Source: Flaccisagitta enflata | Lineage: Eukaryota | NCBI GenBank assembly: GCA_965153355.1 | Contig: OZ231126.1 | Location: 31,000,001 to 31,064,000 of the forward strand | Direction: 5' to 3' | DNA: 64,000 bases | Shown: positions 1 through 10,894 of the stretch, piece after piece | Position numbering within the stretch: the stretch's first letter is position 1 | How the letters are laid out: each line of letters starts with the position of its first letter | Made by a program: the position numbers and the translations under genes | Notes under the pieces: model-generated | The model's input: the letters and a program-made list of their open reading frames with translations, nothing else | Databases searched by the model: none | What the model was told of the DNA's origin: nothing

Positions 1-853
1 AATTGAGGTCACCAGATCATTTGGGCAGGAGCAGTGAAGCCAAAAATCCCAAAAACCCAAAAAAAGTAAAGTGTGACGGACGGACCGACAAAGCGGGGTG
101 TAGAGTCGCGTAGCACGCGACTAAAAAACACGACTCAGCAGCTCTCTTGTTCTACTCGGAGATGTTCATTTGTTAGAGACTACAGCTGGGCCGTGACTCA
201 TAACAACGAAGACCCGCACTAAATTTAGTTCGAAGTAATAATCAGCGATCGTTATGTCTTCAACACAACAGTATCACTACTTCGCACCTTCACTGCCATT
301 AAGGGCTAGCAGAAAAGAAAATCCAGGACAGCTGAACACTTACGTTCACTGACTGCAAATATAACTAGAGATCCTCTTTTATCAATATGCATGCTCCCGA
401 TCATAATACGTACAAGGTACTTTTCGCACCCTGGGCTATAAGTACCATACACCTATTTTATTTTATAAGAGACAACATTTTTGAATTCAGCCGGGGTTCT
501 CTTAAATTTTCTGCTGTTTCAAAGCTCAAATTCTCTTAAAATGTTTTTATATATTTCAATTTATAAAAAATCAAAAAAAGTAGATAGATACTTTATTTTA
601 TTATTCCTTCTGTATTTTTAGTAAAAGTGTTATAAATCACTTACTCAATTATATAACTTACTTAATGTAACAGGCAAAATTATAAGAGAGGTTTTTTCCA
701 AAAAAAGGTTAATTTTTAAAAAAATTAGAAAAATAGTTTTTTGATTTATCAAAGAACAAAGAAAAATTTCCACAAAATTTCCCAAAGTGAATCTCAGCCT
801 GGGGAGTCTCTTATTTTGTTAAAATTTTGTTAGAATTCTAACAAATCTCAGGC

Positions 854-1499
854 TTGGATGCTTCATGTAGGAAAAATAGGGAGTATCCCTTTGTCCCGCT
901 TACACAATATGGAGGAACAAAAATCATGATGATGGACGTTTTTCTTTTTTTAAAATTCCACCATCTTCTGTTTTTGTTTTGACCTTGGAGTTTCCCATAA
1001 CAAGGCCGTATACACGAGCCGAAGTCGCGTGCGGGTGGGCAGGAGCAGCGAAATAGCTAAGTGAAGCTAAGTATTACCGACAAACGGACAGACAGACAGA
1101 GTGGGTTGTAGAGTCGCGTGCACGCGAGTAAAAATCATTGGGAATTGAAAATTCCTTTCATAGTTTTGTTACCGATAGGGCAGTTATTTGTATTTGAAAA
1201 TCATGATATTTGTAAGGATAGAATTCACTATAATAGAAAAAACTACGTAAGAGCTTACTTGAAAAGCTGATGAACAATTTTATGAAAAAAAGAATTAGTA
1301 AAAATCGTTTCATAGAATATTACCACAACAATTTATCCCACTGCATTATGCAAATTAAGTACTACGAAAAGCTCGCCAAAAAGATGGAAGATGAATGATT
1401 TTGATGAAAAAAAATGGTAAGGGTTCTAAAATTAACCATTCCACTTATGGTAAGCGGGATAAAGAGAAATTCACAACTTTTTCTATGTGAAGCACCCAA
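854..1499. mobile_element. MITE with 9-bp TSD (Mutator/MULE-like)
   Basis: Imperfect ~50-bp TIRs (TTGGATGCTTCATGTAG.../...CTATGTGAAGCACCCAA), flanked by direct repeat ATCTCAGGC at 845-853 and 1500-1508; a related end lies near 7928. Confidence 0.65.
998..1133 (-). mobile_element. DINE-1/HINE-like (Helentron-associated) short element, AGTCGCG family
   Basis: AACAAGGCCGTATACACG end, AGTCGCGTGCGGG subterminal repeat, (GACA/GACG) microsatellite, GAGTCGCGTGCACGCGAGTAAAAA palindromic end; many copies in the window (1-128, 56745-56900, 58858-59009, 59632-59773). Confidence 0.65.
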
Positions 1500-1604
1500 A
1501 TCTCAGGCTCATGTCTCTCGTCAAGTAGTTTCTTATAAAATAAAAAAAAGTGTAGTCAAATGATGCAAAAGGAAACTAAGTGTTAATCTGGTGGTAGACG
1601 AAAG

Positions 1605-1854
1605 ATGGCATCAACAAAAGACATTTGGACGACTTTGGTGTTGGGGACGAAAGATGAGGATAGCGTGTTGTCTTGTTTACGCGGAGTTCCACACATTCTA
1701 AGACTCATTTACCAATTAGTCGTCAATGACAGAAGATGGAAAAAGTGCATTCAGCTTCCAGATGTTCATTTGGAAGGGGAAAAGCGGGCGACTTTCAACT
1801 CGTCAACGAAAAAGACTGGAAAAGACTCGTTTCTATTCCTCACGCAAGTTCTTG
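1605..1854 (+). CDS. Exon 1 of a putative 2OG-Fe(II) dioxygenase-like gene
   Basis: AAGATGG start; ORF MASTKDIW...FLTQVL; donor G|GTAGGT in phase 1 matches the phase-1 acceptor at 5939. Confidence 0.7.
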
Positions 1855-2253
1855 GTAGGTTTCAATTTGAATCATCTCGTTTATCCATTCAATCCACTAC
1901 TTTTTCCAGTTATTCAACCAATAAATCAACCTATCTACTTACCAACCAATTTCTCAATCAAACAATCATCAATCGTTCTGCCAATCTGTTAATAATTCAG
2001 TTTACTAACCTACTTATCAACCTATTTACTAGAACCGCAGTCTACTAGCCAAGCAATAAAACAATTAACCGTCCTACTACTAAATCAATCAACCATATGT
2101 CCACTAATCAAACAATTAACCGTCCTATTGATACATCAATCAACCGATAAATCAACCCGGACCGATCAACCGACCAACATAACAGGTTATAAAGTCGGTT
2201 TCACGCGATTAAAATCTCTTATAGACGATGGTATGAATGTTCCTCTCTGTATA

Positions 2254-2816
2254 CAGTAGATCTCGTCTAGACTTGAGATAACGGGGGCAAGGATAATGGG
2301 AAGAGAAATAAAGCGAGGGGACTGATATATGAAATATAAACTAATAAAAGAATGATTTATTCCACATGATAGTTGGTTGCTATGGAAACACATTTCCATG
2401 TATTCTTGCCAAAATATCAATATTTTGAGAAATTTTTTTAGGGAACATTAGTTAAAATCAAATTTGCTACAATTTTCCCAAAGTATGTTCTGTAAGAATA
2501 TTGCTCGTTTGGCCGTTGCTAAGGAGCGTATCTATGTGTGACAGCCCCTAGCAACCGCTGAACAAGCAACATTCTTACAGAACACACTGTGCGAAGGTTG
2601 TAGCAAATTTAATTTAAAGAAATGTTCCCTCAAAAAATTTCTCAAAATATTGATATCTTAGCAAGAATACATGGAAATGTGTTTCCATGGCAACCAGCTA
2701 TCATAGGCAATAAAACATTTTTTTATTAATCTTTGTTTTAAATATTACTCCCCTGGCTTCATTTGTTTTTCTGCAATGCTTGCCCCCGTTATCTCAAGTC
2801 TAGACGAGATCTACTG
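2254..2816. mobile_element. Foldback MITE, Tc1/mariner-type, in intron 1
   Basis: TA|CAGTAGATCTCGTCTAGACTTGAGATAACGGGGGCAAG...CTTGCCCCCGTTATCTCAAGTCTAGACGAGATCTACTG|TA; the inverted symmetry extends almost to the centre. Confidence 0.85.
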
Positions 2817-2941
2817 TACCTAACGTGCCACAGATCAGATTCTGCCTTCTGCAATCACCAACGAATGCAGTTGTCGATAGGGGCTTTATTTGGATACAAA
2901 CGTTCCGTCAAACGAAAGTCAGTCATCACTGCTTTGCGAAC

Positions 2942-4807
2942 AAACAAGGCCAACACCTATAAGTCGCGTGCAGGACAAAAATTACTGAACTGACCTGACT
3001 CCCTATTGTATCTTTTTATCGAAAATCAGACTTAAACCAGACCCAAACCAGACCCGAACCAGACTCAAACCAGACTCAAACCAGACTCAAACCAGAACTA
3101 AACCAGACCTAAACCAGACCAAAACCAGACCAAAACCAAATTAAAACCAGACCTAAACCAGACCTAAACCAGACCTAAACCAGACCTAAACCAGACATGA
3201 ACCAGACTTAAACCAGACTTAAACCAGACTTAAACCAGACTTAAACCAGACTCAAGCCAGACTCAAGCCAGACTCAATCCAGACTTAAACCAGACTCAAC
3301 CAGACTCAAACCAGACTCAAACCATACTTAAACCAGACTAAACCATACATAAACCAGACTTAAACCAGACTTAAACCAGACTTAAACCAGACTTAAACCA
3401 GACTTAAACCAGACTTAAACCAGACTTAAACCAGACTTAAACCAGAATTAAACCAGACTTAAACCAGACTTAAACTAGACTTAAACCAGACCCAAACCAG
3501 ACCCAAACCAGCAGACTTTAACCAGCAGACTTAAACCAGCAGACTTAAACCAGCAGACCTAAACCAGCAGACTTAAACCAGCAGACTTAAACCAGCAGAC
3601 TTAAACCAGCAGACTTGAACCAGCAGACTTAAACCAGCAGACTTAAACCAGCAGACTTAAACCAGCCAAATTAAACCAGCAGACTTAAACCAGCAGATTT
3701 AAACCAGCGGATTTAAACCAGCCAACCTAAACCAGCCAAATTAAACCAGCAGACTTAAACCAGCAGATTTAAACCAGCGGATTTAAACCAGCCAACCTAA
3801 ACCAGCAGACTTAAACCAGCAGACTTAAACCAGCAGACTTGAACCAGTGGACTTAAACCAGCAGACTTGAACTAGTGGACTTAAACCAGCAGACTTAAAC
3901 CAGCAGACTTAAACCAGCAGACCTAAACCAGCAGACTTAAACCAGCAGACTTAAACCAGCAGACTTAAACCAGCAGACTTAAACCAGCAGACATAAACCA
4001 GCAGATTTGAAAAGCCACATATGACCAAAACATCCCAAAAAACAAAAATGACCGAAACATCCCAAAAAACCTAAATGACCAAAAAATAAAAAAAAAAAGC
4101 AAAAAAACAAAAACCAAAAAAACAAAAAACCAAAAAACCCAAAACCAAAAAATCAAAAAACCAAAAAAAACAAAAAAACAAAAACCAAAAAACATAAACG
4201 ATCAAAATGTACCAAAAAACTATGTTAAATGACCAAAAATGACCTGAAATCTTCCAAAATGACTTAAAATGCCCAAAAACGACACAAATGACTTAAATTA
4301 ACAAAGTGACGTAAATGATCAAAAATGACCAAAAATGACTAAAAGCAACCAGAAATGACCAAAAGCAACCAAAAATGACCAAAAACAACAAAATAATGAC
4401 TCAAAATAACTCCAGACGACCCAAATTGACCAAAAACAACGCAAAAAAGCAAAGTGTCACTAAAAACTACAAAAGCCAAAAATAACTTAGAGTGACTGAG
4501 AATGACTTAGAATGACTTAGAATGACTTAGAATGACTTATAATAACTTAGAATGACTAAGAATGATATGAAATGACTCATAATAACATAAAATGACAAAA
4601 ATGACAAAAAATGACAAAATGACTTAAGTGACTAAAATTAACTGAAAATGACTGACAATGACTTAAAATGACATAAAATGACTTAAAACGACATAAAATA
4701 CCCTAAAATGACGTAAAATGACAAAAAAAAGCTAAGTGTTACGGACCGACCGACCGACGGACGGACCGACAGAGCGGGTTATAGAGTCGCGTGCACGCGA
4801 CTAAAAA
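2942..4807 (-). mobile_element. HINE-like element whose interior is expanded into satellite arrays
   Basis: Same termini as 998-1133 (AACAAGGCC...AGTCGCGTGC at 2942; GAGTCGCGTGCACGCGACTAAAAA at ~4784-4807) enclosing ~1.7 kb of short tandem repeats. Confidence 0.6.
3030..4730. repeat. Compound minisatellite: 11-bp AAACCAGACTT, then 14-bp AAACCAGCAGACTT, then ~10-bp AAAATGACC/AGAATGACTT
   Basis: Tandem units directly visible. Confidence 0.9.
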
Positions 4808-4849
4808 CAGATGATAAAGAATTTACAATGCCGTAGGCGTTTCTCCGTC

Positions 4850-5011
<162 letters not shown>

Positions 5012-5478
5012 CACGCGCGCGCGCGCGCACAAATACGCAGAGAGAAAGAGCAAGTGACGCGGGGTCGCAATATCGTTGCGAACGGTGGGCAGGGGCATGC
5101 AACCCCCATCAATTCCCTCTCCCACCCATGGCTCACTCACACACATAGAGAATCACAATTGCGGCATTATGAACGCACGAGCATGACCAATGGACGAAAG
5201 AACGGACGGACAGACAGACCGAAGGACGGACCAACGGACGGATGGATGGACCAACAGACCATCAGACGGACCAACGGACAGACAAAGCCTCCTATAGGTA
5301 TTGCATGTCCGCAACTCAAAGGAGAAAGAAAGAGTTTGAGTTGGACAACAGTGAGTGTGAGTGTGACTGTGTGATCATGTTAGTGCGAGTGGGACGTGGC
5401 CAAGTGAAGTTTCTAAAATCAAACGACTTCTCGTGAGGACCTCATAACCCCATCTATAACTATCGGCCATCTGTGTTC

Positions 5479-5925
5479 CTTTTTGAGCAGCGGCCCCAAA
5501 ACACCGATGTCCTGTAGAACACAGGGGTGAGCCATTATGTCCATCTATTTGTCCATCTGTCTGTCCTCTCCAGCTTGTTGGCCCAAATCCCAGTCCGCTG
5601 GCCCAAATCCCAGCCTATTGGTCTAAATCCAAATTTTTTGGTCAGACTCCCACCCTGTTGGTTCCAGACCCAGCCTGTAGGTCCAAATTCCAGCCTGTTG
5701 AATCAAACCTTTGCCTGTTGATTTCATCCTGTTGGCCCTAATCCCAGCCTGTTGACCCTAATCCCAGCCTCGGTACCCAAATCCTAGCCTGAAGGCTCTA
5801 ATCCCAGCCATAAGGCTTAATTAGCCTTAGAGCCTAAAACCAAACCAAATCCCACTACTACACATGATCATTCCAAGCAGGGCATCGGGTACCGCTGACC
5901 ATGTGCGATCCTTGGAAGACTAGTT
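5479..5925 (+). mobile_element. Second HINE-like family (GCAGCGGCCCC...GGGTACCGCTGACC), ending ~15 bp before the exon 2 acceptor
   Basis: T-run start, (GTCC/GTCT) microsatellite, ~21-bp CCAAATCCCAGCC internal repeats; related copies near 15560-15990, 28345-29205, 29510-30535, 57021-57443. Confidence 0.55.
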
Positions 5926-5939
5926 ATTTCTCTCTTCAG

Positions 5940-6295
5940 GTGGTGGCGTCTGGCACGACTACGACGATGACAATGATGCAGTCACTTTCCCCAAACCCAC
6001 CGACATCAACATCAACATGATGCCTTTCATCCTCGCCGACAACTTCGACGACTCCAAACTGCCCGTCAACTTACGACCTTATTGGCCTTTGATCGCCAAA
6101 TGCAGCTCGAGAGAGGCCTTCAAGAGAGGCAGTCAGTATTTCGGATTCGATCGATCGGAAATTAACAAGATTTGTTATTTGACAATTCAGGAGAGTTTTG
6201 TGGAAGAAGGATTGAGTCAACGACGTCCTGGATTGCACGTTGATTGTCCCGGGAATGTCAAACTCAAGACTGATGGAGGAGGAGAAATTCAACAG
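5940..6295 (+). CDS. Exon 2 of the putative 2OG-Fe(II) dioxygenase-like gene (contains HxD motif GLHVD)
   Basis: Acceptor TCTCTTCAG|; open frame GGVWHDY...INMMPF...YLTIQES...QRRPGLHVD...EIQQ; donor CAG|GTACAG in phase 0. Confidence 0.85.
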
Positions 6296-6398
6296 GTACA
6301 GTTCTTGCTTTTTAAGTGCGTCCTCGTCCACATCTATAAGAGGTCATGTCGATCGGTCGGCCGGTTGGTCGAGTAGTCCGTTGGTTCATTCGTTCATT

Positions 6399-6430
<32 letters not shown>

Positions 6431-6617
6431 ATAAAAAAAAAAAAAAGAAAAAAAAGAAATAGATACAAGATGAATTGGCAACGGTTAAAGGCGAAGTTCC
6501 ATTGATCGCGGGATTGACTGTAACTTATGTCGAACAGCAAAGTTTTCATCGTACACCTCTGATGATTGAATACTGTTTAAATGGCGTGTCTCGCTTATCT
6601 TCCAATTATATTTACAG

Positions 6618-7334
6618 CGCGGCCTTTACAAGGGCAGTGGCTCGTCGAAGCGGTTCCGCGATTACCATTGGGGCCTCGGCGGGTGTTTCCACGTGCCTCA
6701 ACTTGACGAAGAAGTTGAAGATGACAAATCGCATCCCGACTGCCTTCGTCACCGCAGCTTCGAACTCAGAGGCGGAATTTACGTCACCTCCAATGTGGAA
6801 AACTCGTGCAGAGCCTGGAACTGCAGAATCGTGCCACGAGAGAGGAGGGTGGAGGAGGAAGAAGAGGAGGAGGAGGTGGACAAAAGAAAGGACGACGACG
6901 ATGAGGACAACGATGATGACGATTGTTCATGGAAAAGTGACTCGGAAAATTCCGACTGTCAGTCGACGGAAAGCTGCGGGAGCATCGGTAAAGACCATGA
7001 TGATGGCGACAACCACGGCGGCGACGTCGAGGATGTGATCGGGAAGCACGGGTGCTTAGAGCACCTGCGGCATCTGCTGCCTGCCGAGTTGGCCGTCACG
7101 TTGAAGGCCAATCGGATGTATTGGATGACGGACAGAACGCCGCACGAATCGCTTCCCTTGAAGGCCGGAACGTATCGTCAATTCTTCCGGTTGGTGACGA
7201 GTCGAGTGAGTTTGTGGTACGAAGATCACTCGACGAAGAATCCCGAAGGCGTTCAGCCAGATTCCAACGTCACCAAAATCGTCAAAGGGAATAAATTTGG
7301 TGCGGAAGGAGTTGTGGTTGTTGTTGTGGACTGA
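6618..7334 (+). CDS. Exon 3 (terminal) of the putative 2OG-Fe(II) dioxygenase-like gene
   Basis: Acceptor TTTACAG| in phase 0, in frame with the 6693-7334 ORF: HWG...GGIYVTSN...WMTDRTPHESLP...RQFFRLV; TGA at 7332-7334; spliced CDS 1323 nt. Confidence 0.85.
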   Translation, partial: RGLYKGSGSSKRFRDYHWGLGGCFHVPQLDEEVEDDKSHPDCLRHRSFELRGGIYVTSNVENSCRAWNCRIVPRERRVEEEEEEEEVDKRKDDDDEDNDDDDCSWKSDSENSDCQSTESCGSIGKDHDDGDNHGGDVEDVIGKHGCLEHLRHLLPAELAVTLKANRMYWMTDRTPHESLPLKAGTYRQFFRLVTSRVSLWYEDHSTKNPEGVQPDSNVTKIVKGNKFGAEGVVVVVVD

Positions 7335-7455
7335 TATCGACAACCGCAGAGAAAGAGAGGACATCAACAAATACAATTACAACGATCATGACAGAATGAC
7401 AACGCAAACGAAATTGACAAAAAACATAAACGACAATTACTGAACAACAACAACG

Positions 7456-7498
<43 letters not shown>

Positions 7499-7684
7499 AA
7501 ACTAAAACAACAGCATTAACAACAGCGACAACAACAACATCGTCACAACCGCATTGACAACAGCGACAGCAACAACGATAACCACAACAACATCGTCGCG
7601 TCACACTAACGTCAACAATAACAGCAACAGAAAGTCAACAGCAACATCAAAAAGTCAACAACAACAACAACGACATCAACAAAG

Positions 7685-7765
<81 letters not shown>

Positions 7766-8095
7766 TCAACAATAACAACAACAACAACAACAACAACTAC
7801 GATACAGAGCCGTAATTTATATGGTTTCGCTGAAAATGATCTTGTTAAAGCTTTTTTGTTCTTTTCTGAACTGTTTCTTCCCTAAACTGTTTTTTCCATG
7901 TTAAGTTGCGCTCAAGGGATGGCATACTTGGGTGCTTCACATAGCAAAAGTTGGGAATCTCTTTTCACCTTAATTGCCTAATGTGGATTTATTTATTTTA
8001 GGACTACAGTCCTGAATCCTATCGATATGCGTGACCGCGATCTTATTCTCATTATTTCGTTTGTTATGCATTTCACTGGTATCAAAGGTCATTCC

Positions 8096-8345
8096 TTTTT
8101 AGTTGCGGACACGCAACTCTATAAGAGGCTTTGTCCGTCCGTCCGTCCGTCCGTCGGTCGGTCGGTCGGTTGGTCCGTCACGCTCGAGTTGAAAACGCGA
8201 GAAACGCGCATTCTACGATGCTGCAGCTGTCATTGAATGTGTGTGGGTGTATGTTAGTGTAGGAAGGGGGTTTGGGCGAGGCTGGGGGTTGGCTGCCCCT
8301 GCCCACCCGTCCGCAACGATATTGTGACCCCCGCGTCACTTGTTT
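8096..8345 (+). mobile_element. DINE-1/HINE-like element, AGTTGCGGAC family
   Basis: TTTTTAGTTGCGGACACGCAACT 5' inverted repeat, (GTCC)(GGTC) microsatellite, 3' CCGTCCGCAAC subterminal repeat, GTGAC-N6-GTCAC hairpin, then TTGTTT; relatives at 5048-5320 and 24524-24740. Confidence 0.7.
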
Positions 8346-8854
8346 TTTGGCTTGAGAAATTTCCTGTCGCTTTTCATTCTTGACTGACGATTAGAATCGT
8401 GCACGCAAATTCCTCTCTTTTTCTTTCTGGCGAGTTCAGTTCGCTACTTCACAATCCGCCATGATGGGAAATAAATAAGAAATGCGACTTTTTTCAACCT
8501 GGTGTAATTATGTGATTTTTCACTTCTACTAACCCCAAATGGTCCATTTCTACAAAAAAAATCAATTCGAAATCATTAGAGGCTTGATAGTAATACTAAA
8601 AATACATCAAAATTACATTATAAGTATAAGATTTTTCATAAGTTAACGAGTCCGCTAGAGTCCACTGATTTTCTTGGATTCGATGGGTTGGGATCCTCCA
8701 TTATCAACCCACGGAGCTGTGCGTAATGCGCGCGAATGCGCTTTTTAGTTTGAGCGGAGAACGAGCCTGATAACTGATTACTGAATCATACAAATTAGCT
8801 TTTCGAAGATTTGTTATTTTCCTCTTTTCACTGTGTTTACTTTGTTTTTGAATT

Positions 8855-9530
8855 GCCCATGAGTTGTCCATGAGTTGTCCTTAGGTTGTCCACGAGTTGT
8901 CTTTGATTTGTCCTTGAGTTGTCCTTGTGTTGTCCTTGAGTGGTCTTGAAGTTGTCTCAATTGTCATAGGGTTTTTTTTTAGTCATCCTACAGTTGTCTA
9001 TTTTGTACTGAAGTTGTACTTTAGTTGTCCTAGAATTGTCCTAAAAGTGTCTTTGACTCGTTGTAGAGTTGTCCTAGAATTGTCCTAAGTTGTCCTACTT
9101 GTCCTACTAGCCCTGAAGTTGTTCTAGTGTGGTCCTACAAAAATCAGAGTGGTCAGGGAGTTGTTTTAGAGTTGTTTTAGAATTGTTCAAGAGATATCCT
9201 TGATATGTCCTTGATTTGTCCTTGAGTTCTCAGAATGTTGTCCTAGAATTTTTCAAGTCATCCTAGAATTGTATAAGAATTGTCCCAGTTGTTTTAAAGT
9301 TGTCCCAGAGTTATCCTAAAGTTGTTTTAGAGTTGTCCTAGAGTTGTCCAAGAGTCGTCTTAGAGTCATCCTAGAGTTGTCCTAAAGTTGTCCTCTAGTT
9401 GTCCTAAAGTTGTCTTGGAGTTGTCCTAATATTTACCTATATTTGTTCTAAAGTTGTTCTAGATTTGTCCTAAAGTTGTTCTAAAGTTGTGCTAGAGTTG
9501 TCCTAAGGTTGTCCTAAAATTGTCCTTAAG
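8855..9530. repeat. Degenerate 11-bp satellite (GAGTTGTCCTA)
   Basis: Tandem units visible; followed by a degenerate HINE-like 3' end near 9590-9640. Confidence 0.8.
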
Positions 9531-9903
9531 TAACTAAGGGTTATGAATGATGCAAGGTGTGTCCTAGAATTGTCTTAAAATAATACTATCCCTGCCTATC
9601 CACATGTGACTAAGATAGCCATGTAAGTGGCTTTGTTTTTTAATTGTTTGCATATTGCAGAAATTCCTTGTGGATGACAAATTTCTTCTCGCCTTCTGAA
9701 ATGAAGGTATCTGATTTTGAAGAAACATATGTAAGAGCTTTATATATATGTGTGTATGGTAACTTAGTTCATAGTTACTTTATCTCAGATAAATACTTCT
9801 TTGGTGATAAACTAAGAAATAAGAGATGAAGTTCATGAGGGATTAAATATTCAAAACAAAACTTGGAGGTGGGTGGGGAGGAGGTGAAAGAGGACAAGCT
9901 TTG

Positions 9904-10847
9904 GGGGATTTGATGGACTGTGTAGGTGGGTGGAGTGGGATAAAGTGGCGTTAGGTGTTTTTTTCCCATCAGGGTGGGATTTGATGGACTGTGTAGGTGG
10001 GTGGAGTGGGATAAAGTGGCGTTAGGTGTTTTTTTCCCATCAGGGTGGGATTTGATGGACTGTGTAGGTGGGTGGAGTGGGATAAAGTGGCGTTAGGTGT
10101 TTTTTTCCCATCAGGGTGGGATTTGATGGACTGTGTAGGTGGGTGGAGTGGGATAAAGTGGCGTTAGGTGTTTTTTTCCCATCAGGGTGGGATTTGATGG
10201 ACTGTGTAGGTGGGTGGAGTGGGATAAAGTGGCGTTAGGTGTTTTTTTCCCATCAGGGTGGGATTTGATGGACTGTGTAGGTGGGTGGAGTGGGATAAAG
10301 TGGCGTTAGGTGTTTTTTTCCCATCAGGGTGGGATTTGATGGACTGTGTAGGTGGGTGGAGTGGGATAAAGTGGCGTTAGGTGTTTTTTTCCCATCAGGG
10401 TGGGATTTGATGGACTGTGTAGGTGGGTGGAGTGGGATAAAGTGGCGTTAGGTGTTTTTTTCCCATCAGGGTGGGATTTGATGGACTGTGTAGGTGGGTG
10501 GAGTGGGATAAAGTGGCGTTAGGTGTTTTTTTCCCATCAGGGTGGGATTTGATGGACTGTGTAGGTGGGTGGAGTGGGATAAAGTGGCGTTAGGTGTTTT
10601 TTTCCCATCAGGGTGGGATTTGATGGACTGTGTAGGTGGGTGGAGTGGGATAAAGTGGCGTTAGGTGTTTTTTTCCCATCAGGGTGGGATTTGATGGACT
10701 GTGTAGGTGGGTGGAGTGGGATAAAGTGGCGTTAGGTGTTTTTTTCCCATCAGGGTGGGATTTGATGGACTGTGTAGGTGGGTGGAGTGGGATAAAGTGG
10801 CGTTAGGTGTTTTTTTCCCATCAGGGTGGGATTTGATGGACTGTGTA
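9904..10847. repeat. Perfect 71-bp G-rich tandem array, ~13.3 copies
   Basis: GATTTGATGGACTG recurs at 9907, 9978, 10049 ... 10830 (period 71); units appear identical. Confidence 0.95.
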
Positions 10848-10849
10848 CT

Positions 10850-10894
10850 TGGTGGCAACGGTGGGATTCGAACCCACGCCTCTGAAGAGACTGG
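10850..10894 (-). pseudogene. 3' half of tRNA-Leu including encoded CCA (retro-copied fragment)
   Basis: Reverse complement CCAGTCTCTTCAGAGGCGTGGGTTCGAATCCCACCGTTGCCA-CCA gives the variable arm, T-arm (GTTCGAATC) and acceptor strand of eukaryotic tRNA-Leu; the 5' half is absent. Confidence 0.8.

Larger units (their letters stand above)
450..1552. mobile_element. Non-autonomous TIR element (MITE) with TA target duplication; outer member of a nest
   Basis: TA|CACCTATTTTATTTTATAAGAGAC at the left end and GTTTCTTATAAAATAAAAAAAAGTG|TA at the right end form imperfect TIRs. Confidence 0.55.

Noticed and set aside
1855-2048. C-terminal part of the 147-aa ORF at 1605
   Set aside because: Read-through into intron 1 low-complexity (AATC/AACC) sequence beyond the donor
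9904-10847. CRISPR-like array (also considered for 25037-25530 and 49140-49975)
   Set aside because: Units are contiguous with no unique spacers, no cas genes are present, and the context is eukaryotic
10850-10894. Functional tRNA-Leu gene
   Set aside because: D-arm, anticodon and 5' acceptor strand are missing
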